A stretch of DNA of 59,497 nucleotides, counting the filler, from Porpidia crustulata (Eukaryota): assembly GCA_964255105.1 (NCBI GenBank). It is 8 parts of 8 records of this genome, joined end to end, with 100 filler letters (N's around TTAATTAATTAA, not from the genome) between each part and the next. Parts side by side here need not be neighbours in the genome. Positions count along the whole stretch, not along the records: positions 22,388 to 29,740 come from CAXUWE010001347.1; positions 29,841 to 37,185 come from CAXUWE010001348.1; positions 37,286 to 44,627 come from CAXUWE010001349.1; 5 more parts are not named here. One strand, given 5' to 3'. This document shows, one piece after another, positions 25,136 to 37,914 of the stretch. The translations under genes were made by a program, and so were the position numbers. The notes beneath the pieces are model-generated. The model did not search any database, was not told the origin of the DNA, and worked only from the letters and a program-made list of their open reading frames with translations. Within the stretch, counting starts at the first letter, position 1; each line of letters starts with the position of its first letter.

Positions 25136-28135
25136 TCACCGTTTCACAAAATTGACGATTCTTCCTCCCTTCACGACTACTACTCTGTCCCAAGATTCGC
25201 GCTTCGACATCCACTTTTTTCCTGGATTTGTCTCCCCAATACGATTGAGAACCCATTTTTTCATTGCATTCTCCTTATCTTTCTTGAAAAATTCGGGCGG
25301 AGGATTTGGAATTTTAATCACGAAGCGCTTGTAACCATTCTCCTGAACCACACACATTTGACCGTCCGGCTCAAGCTTGGTAGCACTACCGTCAGGAGTG
25401 GGAAAAGAACCGTCGAATACGCTCGAAGTTGCCTCGCCCGTGTTTTTGTTCATCTGCTCCCAACACTCTTCGGTAAAAGCAGGGGCTACCGGAGCCATCA
25501 TGCCAAGAAGAGCTCTCGCCGTGTGATGTCGGACTTTGTAGCTTACATCGGTCGCAGAGAATATGATGTTAGTGAGCTTTATAAGGTCCGAAATAACCGT
25601 GTTCAGGGATATGGTGTCGGACAAGGATGCTGTGATGGACATGATTTTTTGCTGTAGCTGAAGCCATAGGTATTTCTCCGACGCAGTTGAAAGATCCTTT
25701 GACCAGTCAAAGCTGGTTGAGGACGACTCGCCTGACTCCAGATTACACAAATCATGGACTATACGCCACACTCGGCCATACCAGCGTTGTATACCAACAA
25801 TCCGCTCCTCTTCCCATTCTAGCACCTCACTGACAGGTGCTTGGAACAGGATGTGGGCCCTGGTTGTGTCAGCGCCATATTTTTTGATACATTCCATTGG
25901 GTCAACTCCATTATATTTGCTTTTGCTCATCTTCTCCCAGCTAATCTTGGGCGGCTGGCCACTCAGAAGTATTTTGGGCCTTAACTGGCTGCTGATGTCT
26001 ACTTCTTCAGGCTTCAGGAAGCGGCCGGTAACTGGGTCTGAGAAAGTCTTGCCATGGACCATTCCCTGATTGATAACTCTTTTGAACGGTTCCCCCCTAT
26101 TGCCGTCACCCCCACCTGAAGGCCAGAGAGGGGTAGTGGCAAGGAACTTTGCGATGAAGCGGGCATACAATAAATGGAGAATAGCATGCTCCACACCACC
26201 AACATATATGTCTACCGGCAATTGTTTTTCCGCAGCCTCAGGAGCGAACGGCAGCACGGTATTGTGAGTATCTACAAAACGCATGAAATACCACGAAGAA
26301 TCCATGAAAGTGTCCATTGTGTCGGTGTCACGTTTGGCGCTGCCGCGACAGTTGGGACAAGTTATGTTCACCCAATCTTCTGCAGACTCAAGAGGATTTC
26401 CAGCGCTACCTCCGAACCAACTTGCTTCAGCTTTGGGAAGTTCAACAGGCAAATCAGCCGCGGGCACAGGTACAGCACCACATTTCTGACAATGGATAAT
26501 GGGAATTGGTGTACCCCAATAGCGCTGACGACTGATTAACCAATCTCGTAAACCCCAAATCTCTTGTCTTTGTGCAAGGCCTCCAGCATCCGCCAGGTCA
26601 GAAATGAGCTTTTGTGAAGCATATTCCGACGTGAAACCAGCCATAGTACCACATATTGGTGTCAGTATCCCAAGCTGCTCGTAAGCTTCCGTGAGAATCT
26701 CGTCACCTGGTATGCTGTTACCCACACTCTGATCAGGAGGAGCGATGACCCGTCGAATCATTTCATCATCATTGTGCTCGCCCCAAAAGGCAAAATCGCG
26801 AGCGTCATGGGCAGGAACTCCCATGACTGCTCCATCTCCATAGCCCTCTAAAACGTACGGTGCAACGTAAACGGGTAAAGGCCATTTGCAGTAAAGAGGA
26901 CTACCTTCTAGGACTGATAGTGGGTTTGTGGCAGAAATATTTGGTAATAGATAGCCGGCTTTGGAATTAGGCGAGAGCAGAGGTGTACTTTCTATGAAAG
27001 CCTGGAGAGAAGAATCCTTGGCGGCTAATTCTGAGACGATCGGGTGAGATATTGACAGCGCAATGTACTGTACTCCATGTAAGGTATCTGACCTCGTAGT
27101 AAAGATTTCAACTGATTCGTTTTTTATGATTGTCGTAAGCAAGCGTCCTTTTGCGCTTCTCTCTTCAAATCTTAGCTCAATGGGAAATCGAACTTTCGCG
27201 CCATTGGATCTACCCAGCCAATTCCTCTGCATTGATAAAACTTTCTCAGGCCATCGGTTATCCTGGGCAAGGAGTTCCAAATCGTCGTAAAGAGCTTCTT
27301 TGAAGTCGGTAATTCGAAGGAACCATTGTTTTAGATTCAGTTTTTCAACTTTGGCACCGGATCTCCAAGAGCGACCGTTTGCGTCAACCTATCGACCGTT
27401 ATGCTGGGACTTTATTTTCATGCAGTATTGACTAACCTGCTCGTTTGCAAGCACAGTCTTGTCGATCGGGTCATAATTGACAAAAGCCTCAGCTTGATAG
27501 GCAAGACCCTGTTCGTACAGCATCAGAAAGAGACTTTGAGTGTGTTTGTAGAACGCTGGGTCGCATGTCATGAATTCCTAGATTACATAATTTGACTTAG
27601 TATGGAGACATGAAACGCGGGTATCTTTGTACGTATGCCAAAGGTTGATCAAAGGAGTATGCACTTTACTCCAATCGAAGCTTCCACCCATAGCTTGCAA
27701 TTGATTCTTCATATTTCCAATATTCTGCTTTGTCCATTCTGCAGGATTCACTCCTCTTTCAATGGCCGCATTCTCAGCCGGTAGTCCAAATGCATCCCAG
27801 CCCATGGGATGCAGAACATTATAACCTTGCATGCGCTTGAATCGTGCGAGCACATCTGAGATGGTGTAGACTCTGAGGTGGCCTATATGCAGAGTGCCAG
27901 AGGGATACGGGAACATAGGAAGAACGTAGAACTGAGATGAGGTCTGCTTCTCCACAGTACCATTCTCGGGAGTATTCGTCCATCGTTGGTGCCATTTCGC
28001 GTCGATGGATTGTAGGTCAAGGCGTGGCACGGAGCTTTTCGAGGCCTCGCTGTTGTAAAGTCTCAAGCGGCAACGAGAGGAACGCGTGCCAGATGAGCTC
28101 AATGGCTTGATGAGATATCGTAGTGCTGAAATCAT
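25136..28135 (-). CDS. NAM2: Mitochondrial leucyl-tRNA synthetase, 3 exons
   Basis: Presequence [26 protein letters not shown], then [53 protein letters not shown] and KMSKS. Confidence 0.95.
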
Positions 28136-28273
28136 CTGTATTGGATCGCGTCCGTCATCAAAGATTGTCGTTGCTCTCGACCTTTCTAACCGCTTAGGGG
28201 CTAGCCTTTGTGTTTCACGCAATACCGAAGTTAAATTGCTGGTAATGATTACGCTGTTCTTCTGATCTCAAAC

Positions 28274-29146
28274 ATGGATGCTGATATGGAGAGCCATATT
28301 CAGCCAGATCTAGAAATCAGCTCACGAATGGACCAGGAGCAGAGTCTAGAGTCCAACATTGAGTCAAGTCTACAGCCCTACCTACAACCTGATTCCGAGT
28401 TACATCAACAGCTCGCTTCAGCAGTGAACACGGAAGCAGTCGCGGACCCTCAACCCGAACCCAAGAAGAAGCGGAAGACAAAGCCCAAATCCGATGAGAA
28501 GCAAGAAATCAAGATCAGAAAACCTCACCAAAAAGAAGAAACCATAAAACTCATGCAGGCCAAGGTCCAAGGGACTATAGAATACCTCGGCGCCAAAGGG
28601 CTCCCGCACACCAAACAGGACGTCTTCGAACACTTTGGTATCGCACGCACTCGAGGCTACGAGATGCTCGGCAACCGCGACCGCCGGAAACGCAAGCCAG
28701 GCGACCCCGAAACTCGAGGCCGCCCGAGCAAGCTCTCGAAAGAAACCGTCAACCGTATGGACGAGATCCTGCAGGCGTGGGGCCTCGAGGGGAGAGCCAT
28801 GACCTGGAAGGAGCTGGCGGCCGAGGCGGAGGTGCCGCATGTTTCGTGGCGGACGATCCAGCGGACGATGCAGAAACGGGGATACCGGAGGTGCAAAGCG
28901 TGCAGCAAGACGTACGCTGCGCCGGATATGGCTGACGTCTCCTCGAACTTCACCCCGGTGGCAAGCCAGGGGAATTCGTACGTGTTTGGGGATGGAACAG
29001 TGCTTCAGCCAGAAAGCATGGAATTTGTCGCGGATCCTCGGCAGACGCTCAATCTCATGCAAAAGCCAGGGGAGAACCACTGCGCGAATTGCAATCAGCA
29101 ACCGAACGAGATTCCCGCTCCTCTTCATGCTCTCCCGCTCTCATGA
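28274..29146 (+). CDS. Protein containing a Tc1/mariner transposase-like N-terminal HTH region but no DDE catalytic domain
   Basis: KQDVFEHFGIARTRGYEML..ETRGRPSKLS..MTWKELAAEAEV..VSWRTIQRTMQKRGYRRCKAC resembles fungal Tc1-like transposase DNA-binding regions. NLS PKKKRK. The ORF is intact and intronless. Confidence 0.6.
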   Translation: MDADMESHIQPDLEISSRMDQEQSLESNIESSLQPYLQPDSELHQQLASAVNTEAVADPQPEPKKKRKTKPKSDEKQEIKIRKPHQKEETIKLMQAKVQGTIEYLGAKGLPHTKQDVFEHFGIARTRGYEMLGNRDRRKRKPGDPETRGRPSKLSKETVNRMDEILQAWGLEGRAMTWKELAAEAEVPHVSWRTIQRTMQKRGYRRCKACSKTYAAPDMADVSSNFTPVASQGNSYVFGDGTVLQPESMEFVADPRQTLNLMQKPGENHCANCNQQPNEIPAPLHALPLS

Positions 29147-29423
29147 ACTCAGGCTCCAAGGGCCAACATCCGAACCTCAGGAGTGCGTGCTTATCCCACA
29201 GAGGCACCACCAGCGTCCAAACTAACAGTAATGCAAGGCCGCAACCTCCACACAACCTCTATAATCAACCCGCTCCAAACCCCCCAAAGCCCGTAGCCTC
29301 AACCCCAGCGCCCCAACGCCAGCGCCCTTACGCGAGCCCCACCACAGCCCACCCACCCCAACCCCCCACCCCCCCCCCGCCACACCCCCCCCCCGCCGGC
29401 GCGGGGGGCGGCCCCCCCCCCCA

Positions 29424-29740
29424 CGGCCGTCCCACCTCGAATCCCAACGTGCTAATCGAGTTCGGGTACGCGCTTGCCAGCCTAGGGCCGGAACGGGTCA
29501 TTGGGGTCGTAAATGCGACCTACGGCACACCGACGAACGTCAGCCTTCCATTCAACCTCGCGCACACGCGGTTTCCGATCGCTTACACTCTCGCGGAGAG
29601 CGCCAGCGAAGAGGAGAGGAAAGCTGCCCGAAGCGAGCTGAGCAAAAAGTTCGAGGGCGCTCTGCGCACTGTGTTTGAAAGCGCAGGGTACAAAGCTCGG
29701 GTTGCGTCAGGACGTCCGCCATCTTCCCTTGAGATTGCTG
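29424..29740 (+). other. Bacterial-like coding fragment (NPNVxxExGYA; TIR-like/nucleoside deoxyribosyltransferase-like fold), probably a chimeric contig end
   Basis: PTSNPNVLIEFGYALASLGPERVIGVVNATYG..LPFNLAHTRFPIAYTL. It is joined to fungal DNA through a poly-C/poly-G tract (about 29340-29423). Confidence 0.6.
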
Positions 29741-29840
29741 NNNNNNNNNNNNNNNNNNNNNNNNNNNNNNNNNNNNNNNNNNNNTTAATTAATTAANNNN
29801 NNNNNNNNNNNNNNNNNNNNNNNNNNNNNNNNNNNNNNNN
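29741..29840. other. Artificial contig spacer
   Basis: N44-TTAATTAATTAA-N44. Confidence 0.99.
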
Positions 29841-30324
29841 TTAGTGGTGCGTGGACAGAGGGCGGGGACGAGAAAGATTTAGAAATAGATGAGGGGTGGA
29901 CGTGGTGGAGATGGGAGAAGGGATATAGGAGATATTGGACCTCAGCTTTACGTGACCTATAATTTGAGAAGGTGAATGCGGCGGAGGGCCGATAGGGCCA
30001 GAAGAAAGCGAGATGATGGAACGTTGGACATGGAAAGGATAGCGGGTGGTTGCTGAGAAGAAGGACAGGGCTTTCCTCTTGCGCATGATAATATAACTGA
30101 GCCAAGTAATTAGGTACCTCGAGGTAGGTTGAATATCTGGCGTGATACTCTTTCTTACTCATGCCCATCGAATGCTCAGCTTATGTCGAGATATACACTT
30201 ATCTTAGCGCACATATTCGAATAGCCCGCACGCGACAGTCTTTAACCTTTGAATCGAGGAACGGACAGAGAAGGAATTGGGTAAGAGCCAAATTGAGAAC
30301 GAGACAGAGACTACACTATGTGGT

Positions 30325-30364
30325 GATAATGATGATGATGATGATGATGATGATGATGGTGATG
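30325..30364 (+). repeat. (GAT)n microsatellite
   Basis: Direct reading of the sequence. Confidence 0.9.
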
Positions 30365-31327
30365 TTAGAATATCAAACTAACTAAGCCCAAAGGGGAGTG
30401 CTTAGCCACACACTGCAACACCACCTGGTGGAATCGGTCATTTGGTTCAAGATCGAGTATCAGCGGGCAACGTTACGCAATGTCCGAAATTACAAATCCC
30501 TCGAGTAGGTACCTTCAAAAACTACCGCTGTTCCGCCAGTCTCTTTCCTTCTGACCAAGCTGCTCAACAACCGTCGTTGTTCGCTAGATCATTCAACGAA
30601 AATGATGAAGACTTACGGAGAATTATCAGCATCAAGAAGCGTTGTTTGCGTCACGTTTCGTCAAATTGTGTCTTTCTCGATCCATACGGACAACAGCGAA
30701 GAGTTGGAAGCATTGACGTCACATTCAAAATGTTCTTTCTCAAAACAAAAATGTTTCTGTGGAGAGGATTTCAGATTTCAGATGCTCAAGAGCCTTGTAT
30801 GCTGACTTAAGTCTAACATAGCTAGGATTGGAATGTAAGAGTGGTAGTACTTTTATATTTGTCTTGGGGAAGAATCATTATCCCCATCCAGGGTCCGACG
30901 GGACGTGCCTGGGAATGGGAGACTGAGCAACGCAAGAACCTTGAAGCTGAAGACAGACGTCTCAAGTGGCCGATTGTTACTTGGAGCCTGTAAGTGTGAT
31001 CGTTTCTGTGTACTTGAAAGGAAGCGTGTTAGCAAGAGGAAGCCATGGAGCCGTTGCTCTGGTATATTCGTAAAGAGGAAGGGGACTCGAATCTCGAGTT
31101 CCAAACCCCGAGTTCCAAGTCCCAAGCTCCAAGTCGCTGCCAAGAAACAAGCAACAAAGGCAAAAAACATACTCGCCATCAGACCCTGGGTGTTTGTGGT
31201 ATCGTCGATCCTGATCTCTTGTCTTCAAAACTTAACACCCCCACCCCGGAGGTTAAAATTCCTGCTAGGCCACTGGCGAGGTATGACCCTATGACGAAAA
31301 ACCCATGGAAGCGTGGCGATACAGCTT

Positions 31328-32542
31328 TCATCCGACGGCTGAAACTTGCTGCACAATCCCTTGATCGCTAGTATCATGTACCAGCTGGGATGCCAACAGG
31401 GCCTCCAGACTGTCGTCTTCGGGGTTCATTGGCGGTGGCGAATTCGACCCGGTGGGAACGCTTGCTTCACCGCTCATGACGCGATCTGACCCGGAGCTGA
31501 AGCTGACACGCCGACTAGTAGGCGCCGTGCCAATTGGGCTTTGCTCCTTCTTGAGAGCTTCTTCACATTGATCCGAAAAGTCATTGGTCTGATCCTTCAA
31601 GAACGATTGTATGTGTTCACAGCCACACGAAGTGTGCTTTAGCATTTCACCTTTCAGAAATACGATCTCATCTTTCAAGGAACCTAACATCATGCGAAGC
31701 GAGCTGTTGTTCTTTTGAAGGTCTCGAGCTCGCGTCTCAAGATTAGAAGTCCATTCTTTTTTCTTTTGGCGACATTTCGATGCTGCTACACGGTTACGTT
31801 CCAAGAATTTGAACCGCCTGATGTCTTCCGAATTATTGGGATCGAATTGCGGGACGTTCGAAGACTTTGCCAAATTCACTCGTGCTATGTTTTTGCGAGT
31901 ACGTTTGGGTGGCGAAACGGGTTCATTTGCGGCTCCCAAGGTTCGCTTTCGCTTTTTCATACCCGAGGATACGGGTGAAGGTTGCGCTTGCCATTGTGGT
32001 TTTCCGTTGCTCTCCAATAGACTTGAGTCTTCGTCATCGGGCGGTGTAGTTTGGCCGTACTGCGTTCGACTTTCGAAACAAGGTTTGGTGGTGATATTCG
32101 GAGGTTGTCGAGGTTGAATTTGGTATGGTGGCCATTCCTCTGGCGCAAAGATGGCAGAATCAGGTGGTGAGAGAGGCTCGAAGGAGATGCTGTTCCATCC
32201 ATTACCCGCATTCGACATTGTGTTGGCCGGAGACTGAGGGTCAAAGGGAGAGTCCGGGTTTGTTTGAGGTTCGAAGTCGAAAAAGGAGGCCATATTGTCT
32301 TTAGCAAGGTTTCGTGCATATTCGTTGCTTCGCTGCTGTTGCTCCTGCTGTTGCTGCTGCTGCTGGATCTCCGGTAATTGTGCCGAATGCCCGCCCAGAA
32401 GATTGCTGTGGGCCACGTGTTTCCCGTAAGTGCCAAACGAGTTGTCGCTCATGGTCTTATCCATACTGTCAAGACCAGCAAAGGAGTTCCAGCTGGGGTC
32501 ATGCAGGCTTGGGGACATGTACCCTTGTGTCAAGGCAGTCAT
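31328..32542 (-). CDS. ATF/CREB-family bZIP transcription factor (AtfB/Atf21-like)
   Basis: Basic region RRFKFLERNRVAASKCRQKKKEW plus a leucine zipper and LKHTSCGC; poly-Q stretch. Probable 5'UTR intron at 32565-32700. Confidence 0.9.
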   Translation of the reverse strand: MTALTQGYMSPSLHDPSWNSFAGLDSMDKTMSDNSFGTYGKHVAHSNLLGGHSAQLPEIQQQQQQQEQQQRSNEYARNLAKDNMASFFDFEPQTNPDSPFDPQSPANTMSNAGNGWNSISFEPLSPPDSAIFAPEEWPPYQIQPRQPPNITTKPCFESRTQYGQTTPPDDEDSSLLESNGKPQWQAQPSPVSSGMKKRKRTLGAANEPVSPPKRTRKNIARVNLAKSSNVPQFDPNNSEDIRRFKFLERNRVAASKCRQKKKEWTSNLETRARDLQKNNSSLRMMLGSLKDEIVFLKGEMLKHTSCGCEHIQSFLKDQTNDFSDQCEEALKKEQSPIGTAPTSRRVSFSSGSDRVMSGEASVPTGSNSPPPMNPEDDSLEALLASQLVHDTSDQGIVQQVSAVG

Positions 32543-35500
32543 TGCACGAGTGGATCTTCGAATACTAAGAATCGAGAAATCTACACAGTCTCAGATCCGC
32601 TCGATGTAGTGATGTCGGTAGCAAGGAGCCTTAGATTGGAGGTAGCGCTATGTCCTGTGGATACGTCAGAGAATGGCTATATCACGAAGTATCAACTTAC
32701 CGACCTTGACTCTGATGGCAATGCTAGATTGCTGTATTGCTTGGTAGATATCTCAAACAAGTAATCAGTGTTGGAGATGTCAACAGGCGTGTGGCGTCAT
32801 GAGGAATGGGAAGGGAGGTACGAAAGAAATTTATCCACGTCAAGACTTTCCTCCGATCAACCAAGTGGCTTTTTTAAGAGAGCAAACTAATCAATAGTGT
32901 ACCTCTGCACGCTGATAGTCATCAAAATAACGTGGGTGAAGCTTCGAACGTACTGTAGGAGAGGGATCTCCCGTTATTCCCCCCAAGAACGTTACCGTAG
33001 CCCGACTGTATTCCCTCTTCCCCTCAGTGGCTTGAGGCTGGAGCCCTCACCGATGGTCCATGCTAGAGCTAAACGTGCGTTAGCGGGGATAACGATCGGA
33101 TCGGACCTTTGGCGGACGATCGACCATTTAGTCGGTCCAGCAACATGGAAATTGACAGTATCGATCCCGACAGCGGAGGTTGCTCCTAGCCAGTCAACGA
33201 GTGAAGAAATTCAATTGCCACCTCACTGGACCCTGATTCTCCCCCTTGCTTGACACCCGACACAAATGATTGCCGCAAGACCGTTAAGACGAGTCTTGGA
33301 TCGAACGATCAGCGTGCAGCAGTTTCTGCGGATCTTTCGCCACCCCGCCACCCAGCCACACTAGGCCGGAGCACTGTCCGGTTTCTAATGCGCTAAGGAT
33401 TTTCGATACATATCAGGACCCGTTGGAATTAATTGGAACGTTCGCCGGTTTCTTGACTATTGGGGAACATTTTTATTTGCCACCGTAGCTCAAAAGGATT
33501 GGCGGCATATTCAACTCTTCGCGGGCATACTTAGAGTGATTGCGTTCCTACCCCGCTATTATCATCCTTACCCTTACACCCTTATTAGCACCCCTCTCTG
33601 TCTCGCACAGGGATGAATAGAAGTTGACATTGAAGGGTCCAGGTCTAGATGACGAGATATCAGTATCTTATACGATCTACAACGCCCTGCATGAACGTTC
33701 TCCAAAAGCCTCGCGTAAGGTAGTCTTTACTTCTTTCACCCTAGACGTGGCACTGCCATGAATGATGAAGGTAGTGGATCATCCAGCAATCGAGCGTTCG
33801 ATGGCAGCTGTTTCTGACACGTACTGGGTGCGGCGATCTTCAACATCTTCTCTCCCTAAAGAAGTCATAGGCACTCTGTATATGGTCGTTCCTTCAGATT
33901 CGCTGGACTGCTTGTCCCCTCCTCCACAAATTTGTGCACCTAGGTGTTGCTCGTTTCTTATAAAGCGATTAGCTAGTGTGTTAAACCTGACAAACTCAGC
34001 CTTTCCACATACTTTAATGGGCCGAGAACGCGTGAGCAGGAGCTGTAAAATTCGGTGCTTCTTGTCCCGAGCGTGCGAGTATGTGTGTGATATTGATAGG
34101 TAGCGCCAACCAGCCTGCAGGGCATCAATTAGACACAGTGCACGGAGAACCCACAACCAGGGCCACCCATCGCGAAGCCATAAGTACCGATAAGCGTCCA
34201 TACAAGCACATCCCCGTGATTCATACGGACTGGCCTACTCTGTAGTTCGTCAGGAGTCCTCAATCTACACATCTCTCCACCATTGCTGTCGGATAGCGTC
34301 CATCCACGTTGCAAGGAGTCAAGAATAGTTTGGTTTCTCCGGCGGGCCCTAAGTACGCATCAAGAACTGCCCGGACCTTTAATCTTCACTGATGAAGGAC
34401 GATTGGATTCCATGGCAGTAAAGAGTGTGGAGGTCAATGAGAAGCACACTTAACTTCGCAGCCGGTACTCTTCACTATGTTGAGCAGCAAGACCGTGGTA
34501 GGTGGAATTGGTAAAGCTGAGAGACAGTAAGGACTCACGAGGAGTGCATGTCTCACCCTCAATATTCATACAGCGTGGCCAGTCATGATTCATGAAAAGA
34601 CAATTACGAGATATACGTCGTTGTGCTGGGCTTAAGATCTAACCGCCTACAAGATACTTAGAGGAGATTCAAGGTGGCAAGTCAAGGGGAGAGAACATAA
34701 TATTAAATAAGACCAACTCAAAGGACGAGTACTTTTCGTTGGAGACACGTCAAATACAGGCAATGACGCTGGAAAGGAATGCTTTGCTCCCGATCTGGTC
34801 TTGATGTCCATGAGTACTCTTACTTGCTTATTTCAATTAGTCTGACACTTTCTCTTTTGATTGCCTGCTTAACTTTCGATTGTTCGAATGCTCTCGATCG
34901 AGAGGTGCCAACCTGGGCGCTGCTACAATTCTCTCCAAATTAAATATTAAATCCTCTTTTCCGCAGAAAGATATGACTCATCTGATGCCCGCTTCACCGG
35001 TCGAATACCTGTACCAGTCTAGTCAAGTCAGACCTCAACCAATACGATAGCTTGGGGCCGAATCCAGGTGTTTCACTGTCAGAATCGGTGTATCCCTTAT
35101 GTTGTGGCTCAGGTGAGGTTTAACCCATGGCTATGTTACTGTCACGTTATGTGCCAGATTAGCGATCTCTTATAGCATAGCAAACCGCGGTACGAACTTT
35201 TAAGCGCCCCGATGTCTGATATCATGTCTATGGAACAAATGACTCGTCGTACCGGGAAAGCGTGTATCACATGCTCGCACTCTTTCAGTTCATCAAATTT
35301 CTAGCGACGTTCCATTACCAAAACGCCATTTACCCCGGCAACAACGTTTCCATTGATTTTGACCTTCAACGCCACGGCAGGGCGAATAACCAGGAACCCG
35401 AACTTTATCCCCAGTTTTCTCTTCGACAATTGAGTCTAGGTTTGACGCCAACCCCACCCATATCTTTGGTACAGAGTACCTGAAGTTTGGTGTTATATTT

Positions 35501-37185
35501 GTTTTTGGGCACGTTCGCTGAAAATTTGCATCGGTCTCGCTACCCGATTGTACTTCATCCAGCTTCGCGTGTTCTGCAACTTGAAGCAAGGTAAGTTTTG
35601 GCTTTTGAGGGAACACGGTTCATTATACTATACCGCAGCAATTAGCCTCGGTTTGTAGCATCCACAAGTGGGCTGATTACTCGGATGGATAGTCGATGGA
35701 AACTTCCTCCAATTACCGCCCAGCTTTCTGTAGTCGTACCATGAGGCCACCATCATCTACCAAACCGTGTGGGAATTAGGTACCTCCAGGTGAGTCCTCA
35801 GTCAACGGACGGCTTGCCTGCCAAGTGATTAATCTTCGACGAGACCTTCGATTTCGGAAAACTGACTACGGAAGATCCGTCTGTCTCGCGGAAGGAGTCT
35901 AAATCAGCCAGGGTATCTCCAATTCGAGTAGTCACCTACCGGTCGATCAACCGCTGAAGTTCTGAACCAAGGAACAGAATCGATCATTCAAACCTTGTTT
36001 CGCTCGACGTGGTACCCTTTCTAGCTAGAAAATCAAGAGAATGAGAAAGGCCAAAATTGACGCACTACCGCGAAGTAATATACCTGAACGAAGTTCTCAA
36101 AAGATCTGGTCCCAAGCTTTCTCGGCTTGGCTTCCAAGACCCTACATAGCATCGGTAGAGTAGATATGAAGGATTCTAGATATTCGGAGTTTATCACTTC
36201 TGCCGTGCATACAACAGTGATAAATGGGCTATAAGGCAAAGTTCAAGCCCTTTCCTTTTCTTCATGGGATTTTGCCCAAGGCCACAGAAAATTTTTGAAA
36301 AAATCGAGGACATATAGCGCTTCTCTCATAATTCTTTACTACTCTTCAAGTCCATCTAACTTGTAACGTCACTAAAAACTGCTCAATAGAAGCCATGCTG
36401 TTTTCGCTTGCTGAGGTTGAATGCGAGGTGCTTTAAGAGTGGCCGTCATTGAGACGCTCCGTCATGAATGGCCTAGTCACCTGGTTGGAGTCAATCAGGT
36501 CTCCAAAAATGCTGGATCTTTACAACTCTGATGAAATACTCAGCGGCGTTGTCAGTTGCCGGCTCCCAGAGCACTGCCGGCCTTTCGGATCTGCTTTCTA
36601 GCATGCAGAATGAACGGAACTACCTTGTGTGCCAATTAATTGCGAAATCTCCGAAAAAGCCTTGGGTCCGCATGGTTGTTTCGACCGGGCTCTGTGACAG
36701 ACGCATTCAATCGATTGTCTCGAGGAATCTTGGGCAACAAAGTGCACGAGCTTTGGCTGGGATATCAGTGAAAATGATGATGAGATCATGCAGCAGTTCA
36801 AAGCCCTGATGTTCGATGCTGTTGGGATAGCTGGGAATGCACAATGAGAGGCATTATTCCTACGCTTTGTCCTCGCGAATCCATATCCAGGGTGATTACA
36901 GTAGCCCAAGACACGTTCTCAAGATACGCTACGGAAGAAAAAATCTACCATTCACCCGGGACTTCGAGACCGCGTCATTGACACCATACTCGAGAACGGC
37001 AACAACAAAGAATTCAACGCCGTCCATCGGCGGTTCAAGCATGCAATTTCCCCAAAAAAAGAATCATTCCTTACCCTCGGAAACCTCAGCTGCGTTTCAA
37101 ACCCCATACCTCGTGCACCACACCCTCAGCCTAGCTACCATTTCCAGACCAAGCCAAAGACCAGGACGTTAGCTCCGCCCCTAAC

Positions 37186-37285
37186 NNNNNNNNNNNNNNN
37201 NNNNNNNNNNNNNNNNNNNNNNNNNNNNNTTAATTAATTAANNNNNNNNNNNNNNNNNNNNNNNNNNNNNNNNNNNNNNNNNNNN
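37186..37285. other. Artificial contig spacer
   Basis: N44-TTAATTAATTAA-N44. Confidence 0.99.
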
Positions 37286-37538
37286 GTCTAAAGAGGTGAA
37301 AGTACAGCAATTCACTGATTTTGTTGCTATTGAGGAGGTGAAAAGGGGATCAAGTCAAATCAGGTCTACGCGAGCTGGAAGGCAATTCAAAGCTCTTAAG
37401 CAATATGATGACTGATTCTTATAGCTTGAAAGCTTCATATAGATATCGACAACTCTCTATATTAATTGCAATTTGATTCTATGAATGATGGTTGAATAAT
37501 AATAAAAATAGTATGGGTTACAAATCGGGTTTAGGGTG

Positions 37539-37586
37539 TGCACGGGACCGGAACATGCACGGGACCGGAACATGCACGGGCCCGGG
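37539..37586 (+). repeat. 17-bp tandem repeat (TGCACGGGACCGGAACA), about 2.7 copies
   Basis: Direct reading of the sequence. Confidence 0.85.
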
Positions 37587-37914
37587 AATACTCCTAATGC
37601 TCGTAAGAAACCAATATTGGTTTCCGTTCCTTCAGAAAACTCTAGTGAGATTCGACTACTACATCCGACTATCAAACCTGTGAATTGAAGAGTTAGAGAA
37701 GGCTGGACCGGAAAGGGGCGTAGACGGGGAAGTACAATAGGTGAACCTTTCGATAATACAATGCGATTAGACGAATCATGGTCAAATCGGAGAAGTGTAA
37801 GCCGTCATCAATACGTCATCTCCACTCCTTCGCCCCACTTCAAGAAGAAGCTTCCTCGTTATTCATGTTGTCAACTCCATTATCAACCTCGCGCCTGACA
37901 CTGTTTTCAGATCG

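Noticed and set aside
25136..28135. LeuRS as a self-resistance target of the RiPP
   Set aside because: It looks like the ordinary mitochondrial housekeeping copy. Nothing in the sequence indicates duplication or resistance, so it probably marks the cluster border.
29089..29796. 235-aa proline-rich ORF
   Set aside because: It runs through a poly-C low-quality junction and merges unrelated sequences.
30161..30385. Poly-Met/poly-His ORFs here and at 41974-42342
   Set aside because: These are translations of GAT microsatellites.
33000..37185. Many 60-140 aa ORFs
   Set aside because: No recognisable motifs, consistent exon structure or codon pattern.
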